A DNA stretch of 53,380 nucleotides. Origin: Octopus bimaculoides (Eukaryota). The stretch is from assembly GCF_001194135.2 (NCBI RefSeq), contig NC_068994.1, positions 45,670,323 to 45,723,702 of the forward strand, read 5' to 3'. Positions 12,947 through 25,013 of the stretch are shown here, piece by piece. The stretch's first letter is position 1. Every line of letters starts with the position of its first letter. The notes under the pieces were generated by a model. That model was not told the origin of the DNA and ran no database searches. It saw only the letters and a list, made by a program, of their open reading frames with translations. The position numbers and the translations under genes are program-made.

Positions 12947-13105
12947 ATATATCTAATAAATATGTATATGCATATGTATATGTATATGCATATGTATATG
13001 TATTTTATGCATATGCATATGTATATGTATATGCATATGTATATGTATCTAATAAATATGTATATGCATATGCATATGCATATGCATATGCATATGCATA
13101 TGTAT
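12947..13105. repeat. (ATATGC/ATATGT)n hexamer array with an internal higher-order duplication
   Basis: atctaataaatatgtatatgcatatg occurs twice (~12949 and ~13047) among tatgcata/tatgtata units. Confidence 0.85.
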
Positions 13106-13231
13106 ATGTGTGTGTGCGTGTNNNNNNNNNNNNNNNNNNNNNNNNNNNNNNNNNNNNNNNNNNNNNNNNNNNNNNNNNNNNNNNNNNNNNNNNNNNNNNN
13201 NNNNNNNNNNNNNNNNNNNNNNNNNNNNNNN

Positions 13232-13529
13232 GGATCCTAACATGTCTTTTAAGACCCCCATTGGATTTGCAAACCCTCTGGCACACACCACATTCAAACG
13301 TGTGGACAGACATATAATCAGAATAGCTGGGTGAGGTTTGTTTTCCATGGGTTCGCAGGTGAGATTTGAGGCCAGCCAAGGACAGACATGGTCTGTCACA
13401 GACTGTGCACACAAAAAGGTCCTTGTCTTTCACCTTCTCAGTCTTCACCTTTTTCCTTAAATGTCTCTTGAGCCCTGCTTGCATCATCCTGGCCTCTTCA
13501 AATGCTTTCACTCCACTCCACACCCTTGT
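13232..13529 (-). mobile_element. 5'-truncated RTE-type LINE ORF2 C-terminus with two C2H2 zinc fingers
   Basis: Open frame RVWSGVKAFEEARMMQAGLKRHLRK..F.CTVCDRPCLSLAGLKSHLRTH..F.CGVCQRVCKSNGGLKRHVRI[gap]. The W..G...FE..R..KR..RK followed by CxxC-x12-HxxxH pattern is typical of RTE/BovB-like ORF2 tails. Confidence 0.7.
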
Positions 13530-14208
13530 GTATATATGTAGGTATATATATACACACATAAAAGTACAAATACGCCCATATATACATAAATACATGTGTG
13601 TGTATATATACATATAAAGATAGAGAGAGAGAGAGCGAAAGAGAAGTAGATAGATAGAAAGATAGTAAAATGGTATATCTGCATGCAGTTACACATTTAC
13701 ACAAGCGTGTTTGTGATTTTATGCGCATAGATTCGTGTGTTATATTTATCCTACGTTACCTGCTATAAATTAGCTTTTCCCTCCTTTCACCTCTTTCATT
13801 CTTCCCATATGTCTGGGCCTTCCTTTTTTTCTTTTAACTCAACTACATATAAAGAAATTTAAAATTTAGAGCAGATGGTGTGTTAATATTTAACTCTCTT
13901 ACCTATTACCTGAATACAAAATAAATTATCAATGCATTTTCACATAAGTAAAATCTCACCCTGCCCACAACTTTCATGGAACGAGTATTTTGTATAAGTG
14001 CCAATAAACACACACACTCACGCACAAACACACACACATATACATCGTTCAGCAAGTAGGGTTTCAAATGAATGTTGCATCATTGGGTGGGTGATAATCT
14101 GCAGTGTTAACTTTGAAATTGTTGCTCGGGTCCAAGTATATAAAATCGTATACAGAAACAAATGTCTATACATACTCATAAACTCATATATAGATGTGGA
14201 TATCTATA

Positions 14209-14256
<48 letters not shown>

Positions 14257-14444
14257 TATATAATATATATATATATATAGATAGATATATATATTGTATA
14301 TATTATGTATATATATAAATACATACATATTCATATCTACATATATATATATGTATATATATATATGTGTGTATATATATATATATGTATATATATATAT
14401 GTGCATATATATATATATATATATATATGCATATGTATGCGCGC

Positions 14445-14620
14445 ACACACACATAACTAAACTGACGGAAGAAAGAGATCAGAAGTATATTAACAGGAAA
14501 ACTAAAAAGAAACCTGCACACAACGGATGATGGCAAGTTCACCCCTTCATCTGTTGTCCACCAAATATATCCTCACAATTTTAATTTGAAATGTATACCT
14601 ACCTAGATACACACATACAT
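14445..14620. repeat. Dispersed repeat, diverged direct copy of 15760-15915
   Basis: acaggaaaact.aaaagaaacctgcacacaacg.atgatgg ... ccttcatc.g ... aaatgtatac.tacc is shared. Confidence 0.8.
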
Positions 14621-15759
14621 ACATAAATACGTATATATATNNNNNNNNNNNNNNNNNNNNNNNNNNNNNNNNNNNNNNNNNNNNNNNNNNNNNNNNNNNN
14701 NNNNNNNNNNNNNNNNNNNNNNNNNNNNNNNNNNNNNNNNNNNNNNNNNNNNNNNNNNNNNNNNNNNNNNNNNNNNNNNNNNNNNNNNNNNNNNNNNNNN
14801 NNNNNNNNNNNNNNNNNNNNNNNNNNNNNNNNCATATATATGTTTCCAACATCAGCCACAACCACTTCATTATATTCCTCACAATCATCAGCTCATCATC
14901 ATCATCATCATCATCATCATTATCATCATTGTCGCCGTCGTCATCATCATTATCGCTGTATCTGTTGATTAAATGCCAACGACCAGTAACTTTTAATTGA
15001 AAGATTGAGCAATGCGTTTTCTATTTTACTTTATTGCTTCCTTCTGTCGTCGTCGTCGTCGTGGTCCGCGTTGTTTTTGATATAATTATTCTTTTTTGTT
15101 GTGTGTGTGAATATTCTCCATCTGCAGACGACATATTCATTTAGTTAAGGGAGGCAATCAATTTGAATTGATCTCCCCCCCACTAACGTAAATCATAGCT
15201 CTCACTCTGCCCCTACTCTCTATTTCAGACGCCATTTTCTTGTCTCGTCAAATCATGAAATCAACTCCCGCTTTCAACGACCTATCAAAATTTAGTCCAC
15301 ATTTCTCCATGTTTCTTTATGCGTCGTACGCGCACGCACGCAAACACTCACACACACGCACACACATGTATATGTCAACGAATGTATTTTAGGTATATGT
15401 ATGCGTGTGATGTGTGTGAATTCTTTTCCTAATATTTTGCTACTTCCCTGTATTTTAATTGAATAGTTCAAAAGATGAAAACGAGATTGATGTGTTGTTT
15501 TCTGTTTTCTTATATAGTATAGTATCCAGTGAAGACGTATTTTAGAATACAGGCAAACATAAGTGTATAAATACATACGCTTATACATACATACATATGT
15601 TATATTATGTATATGTGTATAACACACACACACATACGCATATGTATAACATATATGTATAGCATACATATATATCATATATCAATATGTGTATTGAATA
15701 TATCAAAATGCAATACGCGTGTGTATAGACATACACACACACGCACATACACGCGCACA

Positions 15760-15915
15760 TAAACGCATAATTAAAATAGCGGTAGAGATGAGAAAGATAT
15801 TTACAGGAAAACTTAAAAAGAAACCTGCACACAACGTATGATGGGAAGGTCATTCCTTCATCAGCTGTCGTACTAACATACCCCCGTAGTTTCGATTCCA
15901 AATGTATACATACCA
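15760..15915. repeat. Dispersed repeat, diverged direct copy of 14445-14620
   Basis: Same shared blocks as 14445-14620. Confidence 0.8.
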
Positions 15916-16040
15916 ACTGACTTACCCACTTACCTACCTACCTACCTACCTACCTACCCACCGCTGTATATATATGTGTGAATATATATGTATGCGTGTG
16001 TATATTTATGTGAATATGCATATGTATTCAATGTGTGTGT

Positions 16041-16251
16041 GTGCGGGAAAGTTCTTGGCTTTGGGTGAAAGAAAATACAGGAGGATCAATTAATTATGAT
16101 TTTATTCAATATATTCCCCTCTCAGATTCACCCACATATTACAGGGGTCCTGCTGCTTTTCTAAACTCTGTAGAACTCGGAATGTTGGGCCTCTAACCAG
16201 GCCTTCCACGATACCCTTAAAGTTAGGAACTTTTCAGCACTCCCTCGTGTA
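16041..16251. mobile_element. Non-autonomous Tc1/Mariner-type MITE
   Basis: Left gtgcgggaaagttcttggcttt and right aaagttaggaacttttcagcactccctcgtgta form decayed TIRs. The right end resembles Mariner TIRs (cgaggg..tgctgaaaagttcct) next to TA. Confidence 0.65.
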
Positions 16252-16579
16252 TATATGTCTATTTGTATTTAGATACATGCACATACATACATGAGTTTGT
16301 ATGTATATATATGAGTTTGTATTTACCTCTACTTGAGGGTGTAGCTTGACACTTGCAGTAATTTGTAATATCTGAAAGGTATGTTAGAGTTACTGTCATT
16401 CTTCCTCGACAGTATCGAAGTAAATTCTTATAACTAGAACCCAGTACGTAGTACGTAACTTTCTCTTTCTTTGTCTATTTTTAATACTTGATACTTGATA
16501 CTCACTCTTACTCTTCAATATCCATCTGCAAAGAAAAAGAAACCATCAAAACAAGATAGATATTTAAGTGAACTGGTCA

Positions 16580-16760
16580 ACATCTCCCAATAATAATATC
16601 GACATTCTACAGTCAAAACTATGTCATAAACACTTCGACATCTGATTTGTAGCACCCGTTGCACCTGTACAGGAAATGTGGATCTGATGTAGGAAGCGAG
16701 CTTGTGTCTACACAAATATTTGATCACCATAAACAAATCATCTGTGTGGTTGTTCGGTAA
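16580..16760 (+). mobile_element. Possible decayed LINE AP-endonuclease C-terminal fragment
   Basis: Translation ..LYRKCGSDVGSELV.. resembles the RGADVGSDH motif. Weak. Confidence 0.25.
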
Positions 16761-16870
16761 CAAATTGTCAAATCCTAATTTCACGAGCAGGCTGTTCCAT
16801 TGGTCGGATTAGCTGAAACCCTGGTCGCTGTAAGCGACGGAGTGCGAGTTATATACGTATACATATATAA

Positions 16871-16887
16871 ATAGATATACACACATA

Positions 16888-16951
<64 letters not shown>

Positions 16952-16968
16952 TGTGTGTGTGTGTGTGT
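16871..16968. repeat. (GA)n-(GT)n microsatellite
   Basis: Direct reading. Confidence 0.95.
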
Positions 16969-17029
16969 GAGTAATTGTAATTTTATCTATATTAATTGAG
17001 ACGACACAAGGATTTCATAAATTATTCTT

Positions 17030-17105
17030 TCTTCTGCACACCAGGATCGACACTAAAACCTTGTGATTGAGAAGCGATATTCTTAACCACTTGTTCGTGC
17101 GCCTA
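17030..17105 (-). mobile_element. tRNA-like SINE head fragment
   Basis: Reverse strand gtggttaagaatatcgcttctcaatcacaaggttttagtgtcgatcctgg has A-box/B-box-like spacing. Confidence 0.5.
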
Positions 17106-17726
17106 TCGCTAAAAATAAACACCAACAGGCAAAAGGAGAAGTTGTTACACAATTACTCGACATGTAAGAAAAGCTCCCTTACATCATATTCGTTTTCGAA
17201 AAGACACTGGATAATGCGTTTCATCCTGTCTCGCAAATAGGAGAGAGAAAAAAAACGGGATGGTTATAAACGAAACGCATCTCACCATTGTTTTGTTCGA
17301 CGAGATTACGCCTGGAGTCAAAGATCATCAACAAACTTACTGTCAAACGAACCATGTATCTTTTGATTATGCAGTGTCCACATGCCTGATTACACCAGAC
17401 AGAGTCGGTTGTTTTGAATCTCTGCATTCAGAAATTATTTAAATTCTTACATTTCAATTGTGTTATCTTGCTGTGATAATACCTTATCTTAATATCAATA
17501 TACCGGGCAACGAACTGATTCTCAACTTCTGTGCATAAACGACGCTCTGACGAAACAAAAATAGCAATAACACGTGAATGTAGAAGAAAATCTTGTACAT
17601 TTATCGGTTATTGTTGCTTTGCTCCGTCATCTGGAAACACGTGTGTTTGTAGAATCTCAATGTTTTACGGTTACTTAGCTTCAGAAAGTTAAAATGCATG
17701 ACATACATACATATATATATTAAACA

Positions 17727-17773
<47 letters not shown>

Positions 17774-18133
17774 TCACATGCTATTTCTCTCTTCTCCTAT
17801 ATCTGTCTAACCTCTCTGCTCCTCTCTCTCTTCCTCTCTCGTTATATATATANNNNNNNNNNNNNNNNNNNNNNNNNNNNNNNNNNNNNNNNNNNNNNNN
17901 NNNNNNNNNNNNNNNNNNNNNNNNNNNNNNNNNNNNNNNNNNNNNNNNNNNNNNNNNNNNNNNNNNNNNNNNNNNNNNNNNNNNNNNNNNNNNNNNNNNN
18001 NNNNNNNNNNNNNNNNNNGAGATGTTAGATTTGTAAGGGAAGAGAGAAATAAAACAGGTCAAATAATTTGAGTATTCCACAAAATAATGCCCTATGTGGA
18101 ACATACATTAAAAGCAACACTGCATAAACTGAC

Positions 18134-18183
<50 letters not shown>

Positions 18184-18184
18184 G

Positions 18185-18239
<55 letters not shown>
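18134..18239. repeat. (TATC)n microsatellite
   Basis: Direct reading. Confidence 0.95.
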
Positions 18240-18290
18240 GTCATATATATATGTGTATATATAAGTACACACGTACACGCTCACGCATAC

Positions 18291-18321
<31 letters not shown>

Positions 18322-19480
18322 TGTATATAAAGAATGCGAAAGTGTGAGAGGAGAGAAGGAATACTAAAGCAGGATGTATGCAACAAATAGTAAATGAAAG
18401 TTACTTCGTTACAGACTTCCGATCACCAAAATCATTTGTGCGGTACGTCTGCTTGTAGCAATGTCAGTGAGCAATATCATATATTATTGTACTTCACTGA
18501 ATACCTGTTTCTTTAACAGATCATAAAATATGCTTTGGTTGTTTTGGATATTCACGTATATATATAGGTGTAAGAATACATACACAAAGACATGAATGCG
18601 TTCGATCTATACAATACAATGGAAGATTAAATAAAAATGTAATAACGAATGAAGACAATGGATGAGAAGAATACAGGTAGAAGCTAAAAGTATAAAACGA
18701 CAAAGAAATTATATATCAGCCAACCTGATATTGTTTTTTGAGTCGACATTCACACAAACACATGCGATTCAAAAACCTGTTCCGTTATTGTAGTAAGTTT
18801 TTTTATTCGATGTTAATGTGGTAAGATAACTATCAAAAGAAAGAAAAAACGTCTATGAATTATTTGAATAAATGTCTCTCGAACCAGAACCGAAAGTATA
18901 TTCTAAGCTTAATGCTCATTATATATTTGGAGCGAAAGAATATGTATCAGGTTATAAAGGAACTTGGATTCTTGGAGAACTTTAATATACTCTCTGAATT
19001 GTTTACTGTCGATGATTACCATTTATGAGACAACAATAATTTGTAAGACGTAAATGATTTTTTATGGTGAATAGTTGCTTATATAATGATTGTAACAAGA
19101 AAACATTGCAAATTTACCCTCAAGAGGGTAGCAAACAAACATCTGTCTATCTATTTTCACCTCTCACTTATTCGGGCGCTTGTATTTGCGATCGCGTCCT
19201 TACGGTCATTACCAACATTTATGACCATAGGTAAGAATACGCACAAAAACCGAACCGAAGATAACAAGTTTAGTCTTTGCCATTCAAGCATAAAAAAATT
19301 TGAATGATGTTAACTGGGGCGCCGCCATTTCAATTATTTGCTATTGCAATCCCAAAACTGGAGATAATTACAAAATATCTGGTGGATAAGTGAAGCCTTA
19401 ATATCCCAAAATAAGTTGGGAATTGTGGATTGTGTGACATTTCTAAGGAAGATATTGCAATTAATAGCAAATAAAACGTC

Positions 19481-19566
19481 CTTGCTCAAGGACACAATGC
19501 GCCGTCGGGAATCGAACTCAAGACCTTGCGATCGCGAAGCAGATACTCTAACCATTAAAGCCACTT

Positions 19567-19570
<4 letters not shown>
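19481..19570 (-). mobile_element. tRNA-derived SINE head with CORE-like gtccttgagcaag
   Basis: Reverse strand tggttagagtatctgcttcgcgatcgcaaggtcttgagttcgattcccgac..gtgtccttgagcaag has a clear B-box (gagttcgattc). Confidence 0.7.
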
Positions 19571-19609
<39 letters not shown>

Positions 19610-20030
19610 ACTGTTTGCTTTGGCACCAACATTTTTCTTTTTTATCAAAGATTATAAATTCACATTGATATTAATAATTCTTGATGCAACAGGTGGTGGC
19701 AATCTCGAAAATTATGGATTTTGAAACCAAGAAAACTACTAATATGCAAGTTGCACATGCAATCTGAAAGCGGATTAGCAAAAATATCCAAGATATCTCT
19801 AAAGTTCAGAATTTAGCATTCATAATTTCAGTCATCCAAATTCTCGCAATGGAGCTATCTTTATTAGAAACCAGTTCCTTCCTGATAGAATTACTTCAAG
19901 TAATTAAAAAGACAACGACAAAAAGAAAGAGAAACGAAAGACACTTACATGTGAAACTAAGAAGGGAGGTTTAAGATCAGTCACCGCAAAGTTCGTGCGT
20001 CGTAATACATCTTGTAGGCAAAATAAGCGA

Positions 20031-20117
20031 AGGTGCGGACATGGCTGCCATGTCGTTTCGGGTTCAGTCGCACGGCGCGGCACCTTGGGTAAGTGTCTTT
20101 TACTATACCCCGAATCG
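20031..20117 (+). mobile_element. SINE-like family B head, internally deleted
   Basis: aggtgcggacatggct..cgggttcagtc..gcggcaccttgggtaagtgtcttttactata matches 50906-51005. Confidence 0.7.
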
Positions 20118-20139
20118 AGTGTTTGTTTCCTCGCCACTG

Positions 20140-20250
20140 CTCAATTCTATCGGCTTTAGTCCTGAACTGGTACTTATTTCATCGGGTCAGAGAAGAGGAA
20201 AAGCTATCCATTTTTTCTCTACGCTCTAACGATTCTGTGAGATCGCCGCC
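20140..20250 (-). mobile_element. SINE-like family A, deleted/decayed copy
   Basis: ctggtacttatttcatcg ... ctaacgattctg..agatcgccgcc is the reverse complement of family A. Confidence 0.55.
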
Positions 20251-20720
20251 CTCTTAATAATGATGAAATAACAACAACAACATGAACAACATCAATAACA
20301 ACAACAATATCAACAGCAACAATAATAATGATGATGATGATGATAATGTGTATAGGGAATAGTTGTAAATTAATTAAAATTATATCTGCAATATCACTGA
20401 AAGCTAACACTGATAAATCTCAGGAATATTATTAATGGAAATAATTACCAAGAAGCATCGTTTATGCAAATCAGTGTATCCAGTTTCCTAATGTCTGTAA
20501 TAATAGTGGCTATAAATACAATATTACCACAAAGTTAAGAATGAACAGTCAACAGTTTCATAAAATTTAATTATATCATTATCTAATGAATTATAATTGA
20601 TTTATGCATGTATAGCTTCTCTCTGTGATGTATCATAGATCCGGATAATAAACTCCTGGATATACTACTTCGTAAAAAATAGCACAAAGCAGAAGACGAA
20701 ATGTTGGCGGCAGCTAGATT

Positions 20721-20820
20721 GCTTTTGACGGAAGAGGCTTGCTTTTGACGGAAGAGGCTTGCTTTTGACGGAAGAGGCTTGCTTTTGACGGAAGAGGCTT
20801 GCTTTTGACGGAAGAGGCTT
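20721..20820. repeat. Perfect 20-bp minisatellite x5 (gcttttgacggaagaggctt)
   Basis: Five identical contiguous units read directly. Confidence 0.97.
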
Positions 20821-21464
20821 GGTCTCTAAGATTGACTAATGGATAAACAAGACGTACGTACAATATCACTATAAGTCAACGATATGATTCCTATATGGTC
20901 GCTGGATCTTCTCGAAATAACCGTCACATCTGTTAAGTATTCTACTCCCAGAAGAGAACAGGGTGTTAAAAAAAAACAACTTTCTATCGTCAATTCAAAT
21001 TTCCTGTCTATCTATCCTGATCTAAGTTCACCAATGTTGGGTAATGTCCAAATGAGTATCACGATTAGAAGCATCCGAAATGGAGTTCCTCCGAAGGATT
21101 TCTGTAGTTATGTTACTTTATAGGGTGCATAGCTCGAAGATCGGGGAGTATTTTCTGGTCAAGCTGCTACATTTCCGCATTGAGGGGTCACATCTAATAT
21201 ACAATGTCGTCGCCGAATCGTCCGGTAGGAAACTTAGCGTTACAACAATAACGTGACGGTTGGATAATATCTATAGTCACTGTTGGTCACGTTTGGAAAT
21301 CCAGCCAGAATGAGTAATGACGATTTCTTATGATAGAACCTTATAGAAAAGGTGTCTGAGGAATCTACTCCCACGACATTACTAAGAGTAATGGGTGATG
21401 AATATTGCAGGATAAATCTCCTCCAAATACGACTTTGCGTCATAAAAAGAAACACATTCGTCAA

Positions 21465-21607
21465 TGTAGTTCTTTATTGCCTACAAGGGGCTAAACATAC
21501 AGGGGACAAACAAAGGGATTAAGTCGATTACATCGACCCAGTGCGTAACTGGCACTTAATTTATCAACCCTGAGAGGATGAAAGGCAAAGTCGACCTCGG
21601 CAGAATT
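21465..21607 (-). mobile_element. SINE-like family A, 3' part (head lost in gap)
   Basis: aagtcgattacatcgacccagtgcgtaactggcacttaatttatcaaccctgagaggatgaaaggcaaagtcgacctcggc. Confidence 0.8.
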
Positions 21608-21924
21608 NNNNNNNNNNNNNNNNNNNNNNNNNNNNNNNNNNNNNNNNNNNNNNNNNNNNNNNNNNNNNNNNNNNNNNNNNNNNNNNTTCTCCTCCATCAT
21701 TCCGGGATATTTCGAAGACATTTTAAAATTTCTCAAGAGAGTGGTGAGCTATCAACTGTCACAGAAGGCGAAAGATGGTAAGGAATTAAAATGGCATTTC
21801 TCCAAGAACTGGTCGCACAAGGTGTAGCTGTGGGGTTGATGTTAACGGTGATCTTGTTGGCATGGCGACCTTGGGAGTAGAAGTGAAAGTCTTGAAAGAA
21901 TTGGTGATGGTCAGGTTGGATATA

Positions 21925-22352
21925 GTGGGGGGGGGGGGTTGCGTGTAGTGGTGCGGTGGGATGTAGCAGTGATGACTTGTGGTAGTAGCGGTAGTGGTGT
22001 TATGACGATAGTAGTGGTGGTGCTGCAAGTAGGTGGTAGTGTTGTGATGCCTGTAGTCGTGGTTGCATCTGTGGTAATGGTATTGGTGGTAGCGTTGTGG
22101 TGGTGTTGATGTCATTGATGGTGTTGGAGGTAGTGGATGTGCTGGTGGTAATGACATTGGTGGTTGTGGCGGCAGTGTAAGAGGTATTGGTGACTGTAGT
22201 AGGGTTTGTGGTAGCAGAGTGGTGATAGTTGTGGTGGTGGTGGTGGTGGTGGTTTTGGTGGTGACAGTTGTGGTGTTGGTTGTGGTGGTAGTTGTAGAGT
22301 TGGTAGTAGTGCTTGTGATGTTTGTGATGCAGCGTAGGTAGTTGCTTCGAAA

Positions 22353-22415
<63 letters not shown>

Positions 22416-22476
22416 CGTTGGCGAACGCGGTGGCTATGCTCGTGTTAGTAGTGGTAGCAGCCGCAGCAGCAGCGGC

Positions 22477-22530
<54 letters not shown>
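21925..22530. repeat. Cryptically simple GTG/GTA/GCA trinucleotide region grading into pure (GTA)n
   Basis: Direct reading; runs into the gap at 22531. Confidence 0.9.
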
Positions 22531-23362
22531 NNNNNNNNNNNNNNNNNNNNNNNNNNNNNNNNNNNNNNNNNNNNNNNNNNNNNNNNNNNNNNNNNNNNNN
22601 NNNNNNNNNNNNNNNNNNNNNNNNNNNNNNNNNNNNNNNNNNNNNNNNNNNNNNNNNNNNNNNNNNNNNNNNNNNNNNNNNNNNNNNNNNNNNNNNNNNN
22701 NNNNNNNNNNNNNNNNNNNNNNNNNNNNNNNNNNNNNNNNNNNNNNNNNNNNNNNNNNNNNNNNNNNNNNNNNNNNNNNNNNNNNNNNNNNNNNNNNNNN
22801 NNNNNNNNNNNNNNNNNNNNNNNNNNNNNNNNNNNNNNNNNNNNNNNNNNNNNNNNNNNNNNNNNNNNNNNNNNNNNNNNNNNNNNNNNNNNNNNNNNNN
22901 NNNNNNNNNNNNNNNNNNNNNNNNNNNNNNNNNNNNNNNNNNNNNNNNNNNNNNNNNNNNNNNNNNNNNNNNNNNNNNNNNNNNNNNNNNNNNNNNNNNN
23001 NNNNNNNNNNNNNNNNNNNNNNNNNNNNNNNNNNNNNNNNNNNNNNNNNNNNNNNNNNNNNNNNNNNNNNNNNNNNNNNNNNNNNNNNNNNNNNNNNNNN
23101 NNNNNNNNNNNNNNNNNNNNNNNNNNNNNNNNNNNNNNNNNNNNNNNNNNNNNNNNNNNNNNNNNNNNNNNNNNNNNNNNNNNNNNNNNNNNNNNNNNNN
23201 NNNNNNNNNNNNNNNNNNNNNNNNNNNNNNNNNNNNNNNNNNNNNNNNNNNNNNNNNNNNNNNNNNNNNNNNNNNNNNNNNNNNNNNNNNNNNNNNNNNN
23301 NNNNNNNNNNNNNNNNNNNNNNNNNNNNNNNNNNNNNNNNNNNNNNNNNNNNNNNNNNNNNN

Positions 23363-23400
<38 letters not shown>

Positions 23401-24219
23401 TATGTGTGTGTGTGTGTGTGCGTGTGTCTGTGTATGTGTCTGCTTGCAATGTTTGTGTTTGTTCATGTGTGTGTTTGTGTGTGTGTGAATATTTGCGTCT
23501 GTTGGTGTCCGTGTATGCTTGGTACGTGCAAAATGTGGTACCTGTGTGAATATGGTTGTGTGTGTGTGTGTGTCATTGCTTCATGTGTGTGTCATTGCTT
23601 CATATGTGTTTTTTTATCTCTCTGTAATGTGTATATACGTAGAGTGTGCGTTTGCGTTAGTGCTGCGAGTGTATGCTTAGTGCGTATGTGCCCGTGTATA
23701 TGTGTGTATGTATGTGTGTATCGTATGATATTATATTGTAGGATGGTAGTGCGATGTCTCTTTGAATATATTTGTGTTTTGTGGTGTGTATACGTGTGTG
23801 TGTGTGAGTGAGTGTGTGTCTGTGCGTGCGCGCGTGTCTTTCTGTAGTGTTTATAGTATTTGCACATTTAGTGCCTATGTTTAATGTCTATGCATATACT
23901 CTGCGTATGTATGTATATACTTTATTTATATACTTTGTGTATAGTTAGTGTATATCGTGTGTATATGGTTGTTCTTGTTTAATGTTTGTATTCAAATATA
24001 GACAATATGGGAGATCACTATATGGATCACTTGTGTGCTAAAAATAGACGTCAAACCGTCTTACCACTAAATCTGTGTTCTCAACTTAGTGACAGGCTAG
24101 ATGTTTATGAGCGAGACTAATGAAAAGAAATAATCATAGCACTTAATTCCATACCTTAAGGTTTCGACATGATCAAATCAATAATTGTCTGTGTCTCCTC
24201 AGTGAAATCGGTGCTGTGT

Positions 24220-24424
24220 TAATTTGTGTATGTCTGTTCCCCACAACTGTTTGACAACCGGTGTTGGTGTGTTTAAGCCCTCGTGACAGAGCGGTTTAGC
24301 AAAAGTAGTCGAAGTACCAGACTAAAAAAAAAAAAGAATTCTAGGTTCGATCCACTCAACTGAAACTTCTTCAATATTGTGCCCCAGCATGGCCGCAGTT
24401 TAGTGATTGAAAGAAGTAAAAGAT
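24220..24424 (+). mobile_element. SINE-like family B, 3' half
   Basis: ttgacaaccggtgttggtgtgttta..agcggtt.agcaaaa..gtgccccagcatggccgcagt..gattgaaagaagtaaaaga. Confidence 0.7.
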
Positions 24425-24489
24425 TATAGATATATTGGTTGCCTATGTGTAACGTTTGTGTGAATTACATATATTGTTGCTTGTTTCTT

Positions 24490-24660
24490 CTCGAGCCATG
24501 CCTGGCTCATTAGAGCTGGTTTCCCGGTTTCATTGGCGTATAGGTTTTCCACCTAGACGAGACGTCGGTCCGTCACAGATGAACAGCTAGATGCAGGACG
24601 GAAGAGTGAGAGAAAGTTGTGGCGAAAGAGTCAGCAGAAGTTCGCCATTACCTTCTGTTG
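24490..24660. mobile_element. Dispersed repeat fragment
   Basis: gagccatgcctggctcat..ggtttcccggtttc..gaagagtgagagaaagttgtggcgaaagagtcagcagaagttcgccattaccttctg resembles a common octopus repeat (recollection, unverified). Confidence 0.35.
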
Positions 24661-24920
24661 GTAAGCACTTACAGGTCATATCATGTCATACGAATTGATA
24701 CCGATAAAAAAAGACGGAGTTTACACGTCAACCAACGACAATCAGCTTCTGAACACCTCGTGGCTACCTCACTACTAAGGACTTTATCATCTGAACGATC
24801 AGACTTGCTTTTACAAACTTAAAACTTTCAGCAGTTCAGATTTAAGTTCCAAACATCTAATACAAATATTTTATCTTCACGCCATGTGTTGAATGCTATT
24901 TTCTTTTATTTGTACACCTA

Positions 24921-24951
24921 AAACACTCACACACACACACGCACACACACG

Positions 24952-25010
<59 letters not shown>
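24921..25010. repeat. (CA)n microsatellite
   Basis: Direct reading. Confidence 0.95.

Positions 25011-25013
<3 letters not shown>

Noticed and set aside
20721-20820. Possible CRISPR-like array
   Set aside because: The units are contiguous with no unique spacers, and the context is eukaryotic
22000-23811. Long ORFs (488, 489 and 358 aa) rich in Thr/His/Ser/Val, superficially mucin-like
   Set aside because: Mostly N-gap plus trinucleotide and dinucleotide microsatellite. Overlapping frames on both strands are open because of low complexity.
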